DNA of 62,276 nucleotides, counting the filler, from Globobulimina sp. (taxonomy: Eukaryota): NCBI GenBank assembly GCA_003354225.1. It is 34 parts of 34 records of this genome, joined end to end, with 100 filler letters (N's around TTAATTAATTAA, not from the genome) between each part and the next. Parts side by side here need not be neighbours in the genome. Positions count along the whole stretch, not along the records: positions 58,709 to 60,442 come from PIVH01012575.1; positions 60,543 to 62,276 come from PIVH01012576.1; 32 more parts are not named here. One strand, written 5' to 3'. This document shows positions 58,777-62,276 of this stretch, piece after piece. How positions within the stretch are numbered: position 1 is the first letter of the stretch; every line of letters begins with the position of its first letter. A program made the translations under genes and the position numbers. The notes under the pieces are model-generated. The model saw only the letters and a list, made by a program, of their open reading frames with translations, had not been told where the DNA came from and did not search any database.

Positions 58777-60410
58777 TCATTTATATGTATCATTTCCACC
58801 TTCAAAATGTGTATCATTATCCCCCTTTTGTAGTGATTGAAAATGTTCTATCAAATCTTTCTTTACCTTAAACGAATGGATATTAAACGGAGGCACAGAC
58901 AAATCCGATCTGGTCAATTCAGGCAACGTGGCACCACACAATATCTCAGATGCAATCAATCCTTTTTTTATGTCATCGATGTGATCTGAAAATCGTCCAT
59001 TCTCAATCGACAATATCCACACAACAATATCATCCACGGTCCATTCTATATATTTCTTTGGATTCGGTATAGACACTTTGGACACAAATGCATTGACCTC
59101 AGACACGCAAGCAATAAAATCGTCGCTTACTTCCCTTATTTTATCCAAACAGTTTAACGCCGAAACCATTTCTTCATTTATTCTGATTAAGGATTTAGGC
59201 GACGCTGCGATCATTTCCTTTATGTTCTCCTTTGTATAAAAAATATTAAACTCTTGCTGTGTTTTTACTAATTCCCTCCACAATTTCGGCAAATGCTTCG
59301 CTCTCAAACTGCCACTCACTTCTTCCTGCAATGGATCATCATCTTTGGATTCCGGTTCTGTGCCGGATTTAAGTTGCTTGTTTTCCTGTAATTTGCGAAT
59401 GTTGTTCTCAAATAACAATAATAAAGTTATTTGAAAGTAGTTACACACCATTTCCAAGCCTTGAATATGATGCAACATACATTTATATTCAAGAGAGCGG
59501 ATTTTGTCAATCCATAAATAAGAATGTTTCTCCATCGAAGTTGGAAACATTTTAGGGACATTCTGCTGATACAAAGCCCAATTTTCCGCATCAAAACAGC
59601 AAAATACGACATTTAAAATCCTATCAAAAACAGTTTCATCGTCTACAATTTTAAAAATATCCTCCTCAGCTTCCTCATCGTCGTTGTTACCTTTCATGGC
59701 ATATTGTATTTTATTTTGATATTTGGCCATAAAAACTGTATATTTGACATTGTTCGCATCGCATAGCCATCCTCGCACTGATCGAAGAGCCACGGAACAG
59801 GCCACTTTTTTGCTGAAATTACCATCTCCGGTCCCAATACACGGCAATGCCACACTGCGAATGCCCATTTTTACGCACATTTCTAATATGGAGATATAGC
59901 ATGATATCAAGTCCTCGTTGTTTTGTACGCCTATTTATGTGCAATTGTTATGTTGCAGAAACGGTATAAAATATGGAACGTATGGTCCTAACAAGGAGCG
60001 ATTGTATGCAATATATATTTTACGGGTAAATTAAAAGCCTTTGTAACTACGGTTTGTCCGTTGGCAATGCTGTGGTCATCGGTTGTGGCAGTGATTGCAT
60101 CGCAGGCCTTTTGTAGTGGGTCGTAGCCAGCAGCACGAAATATAGCACCACAAACACCCGAACCATCGGCCCATAAACGTTCATTTGCTGGCAGTACGAC
60201 TGCATCCACATCGTCCACGAGTTCCTCATCTACGATGCTGCCATGATAAACGGACACTTTATGTGCTAAGATTTCATCGTGTAATGATGCTCCGATTTTT
60301 TTACGTTGGGATAGGTATTGTTTTTGAGGTAATTGCCCATGTAAAATTAGTTGGTTCTGACATGTTATTGCATGAATTGATGAGAAATTATGTGTGGGAT
60401 CGAAATGCAA
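58777..60410 (-). CDS. Macrodomain protein with C-terminal SAM-like domain; intron 59931-59992; start uncertain
   Basis: DAVVLPANERL...GVCGAIFRAAG, AFNLPVKYILHTIAP, SVALPCIGTG, VVFCCFD; C-terminal WTVDDIVVWI...GATLPELTRSDL. Confidence 0.85.
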
Positions 60411-60549
60411 AAGTTTTACAGGAGGATGCTACTTTTCCTCCTNNNNNNNNNNNNNNNNNNNNNNNNNNNNNNNNNNNNNNNNNNNNTTAATTAATTAANN
60501 NNNNNNNNNNNNNNNNNNNNNNNNNNNNNNNNNNNNNNNNNNATATCAT

Positions 60550-61261
60550 TCATAATTTAATTTTATCAGAGCGCGCCGATCGTTTATTTTTTAATTGCGA
60601 TTGAAATGACTGTATATTTTTATGCGATTTTGCGTCAAAAAAACGAGAAAAAACAAACCATAAACTCAATTTCAACATTTTTTTTCCTGGCCGCACCACA
60701 AAACTCCTTGAATTGCATTCCAATTTCCTTCACTTTCGACTTTTGATTCGCGTCTTTTATCCACAACTCGATTTTGCCGCGTCCGTTTTTTTTGATATTG
60801 ATGACTAAACCACAAATATCCTCTGAATAATTGAAATTGTTTCCAATCATATTTAACACGCTGTGATACCACGCATAATTGGCACTGTTGGCCGCTTCGA
60901 TTTGGCTGTCGCCCACCCGCTGGTTTTGCATGGCGTTGTTTTTCTGTTTGTTGGGAGCGAAGCGAAAGGCCCACGAACCGCCATTTTCATTGAACTTGTC
61001 CTCCCACGCCGGCTTCACTTTGCCTTTAAATAAATGATACGACGAACCTGCGTCAAGCAACGAGGGCGGCGATATATTATTAAATAATCGCCAAAACTCT
61101 GCCACTGTGCTAAATTGGGCGATTTGTTTATAATTTGAGCTCCATCCGCCGCCGGTGGCGGGTGCAGTATGCCACAATGTCCAGGCGTATTGGAGTGGCA
61201 ATTTCTCAGATAAATCACCGCCATCCGTCTTGGCTTCATTTCCATTCGTTTCTGTCGCCAT
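60550..61261 (-). CDS. EIF4E: Translation initiation factor eIF4E; intron 60610-60658
   Basis: PLQYAWTLW, FSTVAEFW, YHLFK, PAWED..N.NGGSW, ICGLV, IELW. Splicing adds a last exon SFQSQLKNKRSARSDKIKL-stop. Confidence 0.95.
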
Positions 61262-61637
61262 TAATTGTTGTTTTGGTCTCTTTTTTTTGTATGTGGTCAG
61301 TATTTATGTTTCGTTGTTTGTGTATTTGCTGAACGAAGAATATATGTTGCTATTGGCTGATAAATATGTTGAATATGAAAAACTTGTAAGTGAGGAAAAA
61401 ATATTAAAACACAACAATCAATCAATGCAGTTTATATATTATCAGATCAATCACGATCTTCACCAATCCACATTGTTTAATTTTGAACATTGGTTTCCTT
61501 GATTACGTTGCTGTTTTTCTTAATGTCTGTTAGGTTGCTTTTTGCTTAACAAACGCTATAAAATCAACGTAAAATGTAACACAAAATATATTCAAATTTA
61601 TTAAATAAAATGTAAATATATGTACACACGGTTTTTG

Positions 61638-62162
61638 TCATCCTGTTTTTTTTGTTTTTGGTAAATCGGAAACTCCCATAATACCACTTTTTCTGTTTGG
61701 ATTAGTGGATGCTTTTTTATATTTGTTTTTGTTAGTTTGCCTGTCACGATTTGCAGCATTTATATCAAATCTATTTCTCATTTCAGCAGCATTTGTTCCA
61801 CAACAGCGGTAATTTAAGAAAAATGCATAACCAACGCAGCATATTACAAAAATAATTAATCCAATTCTCCACACAAAATATGAAAGCAATCCACATGAAA
61901 TTAATATTAAATAACCAATAAATGCCTCAATTGATAATAACATCGATGGCATAAATGTACAAATACCACATGAACACACACAATAATTATTGCAAAAATC
62001 ACAACACATACATGTACGATTTAAATCACATATATTTCGATTGCATTTACAACAGTTTTTAAATGGATGTTCAATATCATTTCTCTCATTTACTTGATCT
62101 ATTCGTTCATATCCTCTCTTTTTCTCAGATTTTTGAATTACACCATTTATGATTCGTGGCAT
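61638..62162 (-). CDS. Small membrane protein with Cys-rich segment and basic C-terminal tail
   Basis: MPRIING start, Cys cluster, 2 TM helices, ends GIMGVSDLPKTKKTG-TGA. Confidence 0.6.
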   Translation of the reverse strand: MPRIINGVIQKSEKKRGYERIDQVNERNDIEHPFKNCCKCNRNICDLNRTCMCCDFCNNYCVCSCGICTFMPSMLLSIEAFIGYLILISCGLLSYFVWRIGLIIFVICCVGYAFFLNYRCCGTNAAEMRNRFDINAANRDRQTNKNKYKKASTNPNRKSGIMGVSDLPKTKKTG

Positions 62163-62276
62163 TTTTTTAAAAACATAAAAAAAACCGACACTGGCACTTG
62201 TACTTCAAACCACCAACAAACAAGAACAAGCCCGAAATATTGGAAATAAATAGGGCAATAAGTTGTTCCCAAATAA

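Noticed and set aside
1737..60542. Regularly spaced TTAATTAATTAA as a CRISPR-like or biological repeat
   Set aside because: Always embedded in fixed N runs; it is an assembly linker.
1..62276. Operon or gene-cluster interpretation of neighbouring genes
   Set aside because: Segments are unlinked contigs ordered only by length, and the genes are eukaryotic with introns.
1..62276. tRNA, rRNA or telomeric repeats
   Set aside because: None recognised by eye; a covariance-model scan would be needed to exclude small RNAs.

Overview
This window is not one locus. It is an artificial concatenation of 34 short contigs (about 1734-1736 bp, in decreasing length order) joined by 100-bp spacers (N44-TTAATTAATTAA-N44), so adjacency across spacers has no biological meaning. 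The contigs come from an AT-rich, gene-dense eukaryote with the standard genetic code and short GT-AG introns (about 49-150 bp). The gene families (expanded 7TM, SPRY, Cys-rich secreted, PT-mucin receptors, PFOR) suggest a foraminiferan or other rhizarian; this is inference only. Recognisable, mostly partial genes are PFOR, a NOX/ferric reductase, GH39, a SPRY-SPRY-thioredoxin fusion, a Venus-flytrap receptor domain, DDX42, NUP205, phytochelatin synthase, a Deltex-like WWE protein, a C-type lectin receptor, two macrodomain proteins, a MavL-like protein, TIMELESS, kinesin-14, an FGD-like RhoGEF, SLC44/CTL, importin-4 and eIF4E. Mobile DNA comprises a divergent tyrosine-recombinase element, two paralogous zinc-knuckle ORF1/gag-like genes, an APE-type LINE with an esterase-like ORF1, a decayed zinc-finger ORF, and a two-copy pogo/Tigger-like palindromic MITE. 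Several long hairpins and some apparent chimeric junctions are also present. All family assignments come from reading motifs by eye; no searches were run.
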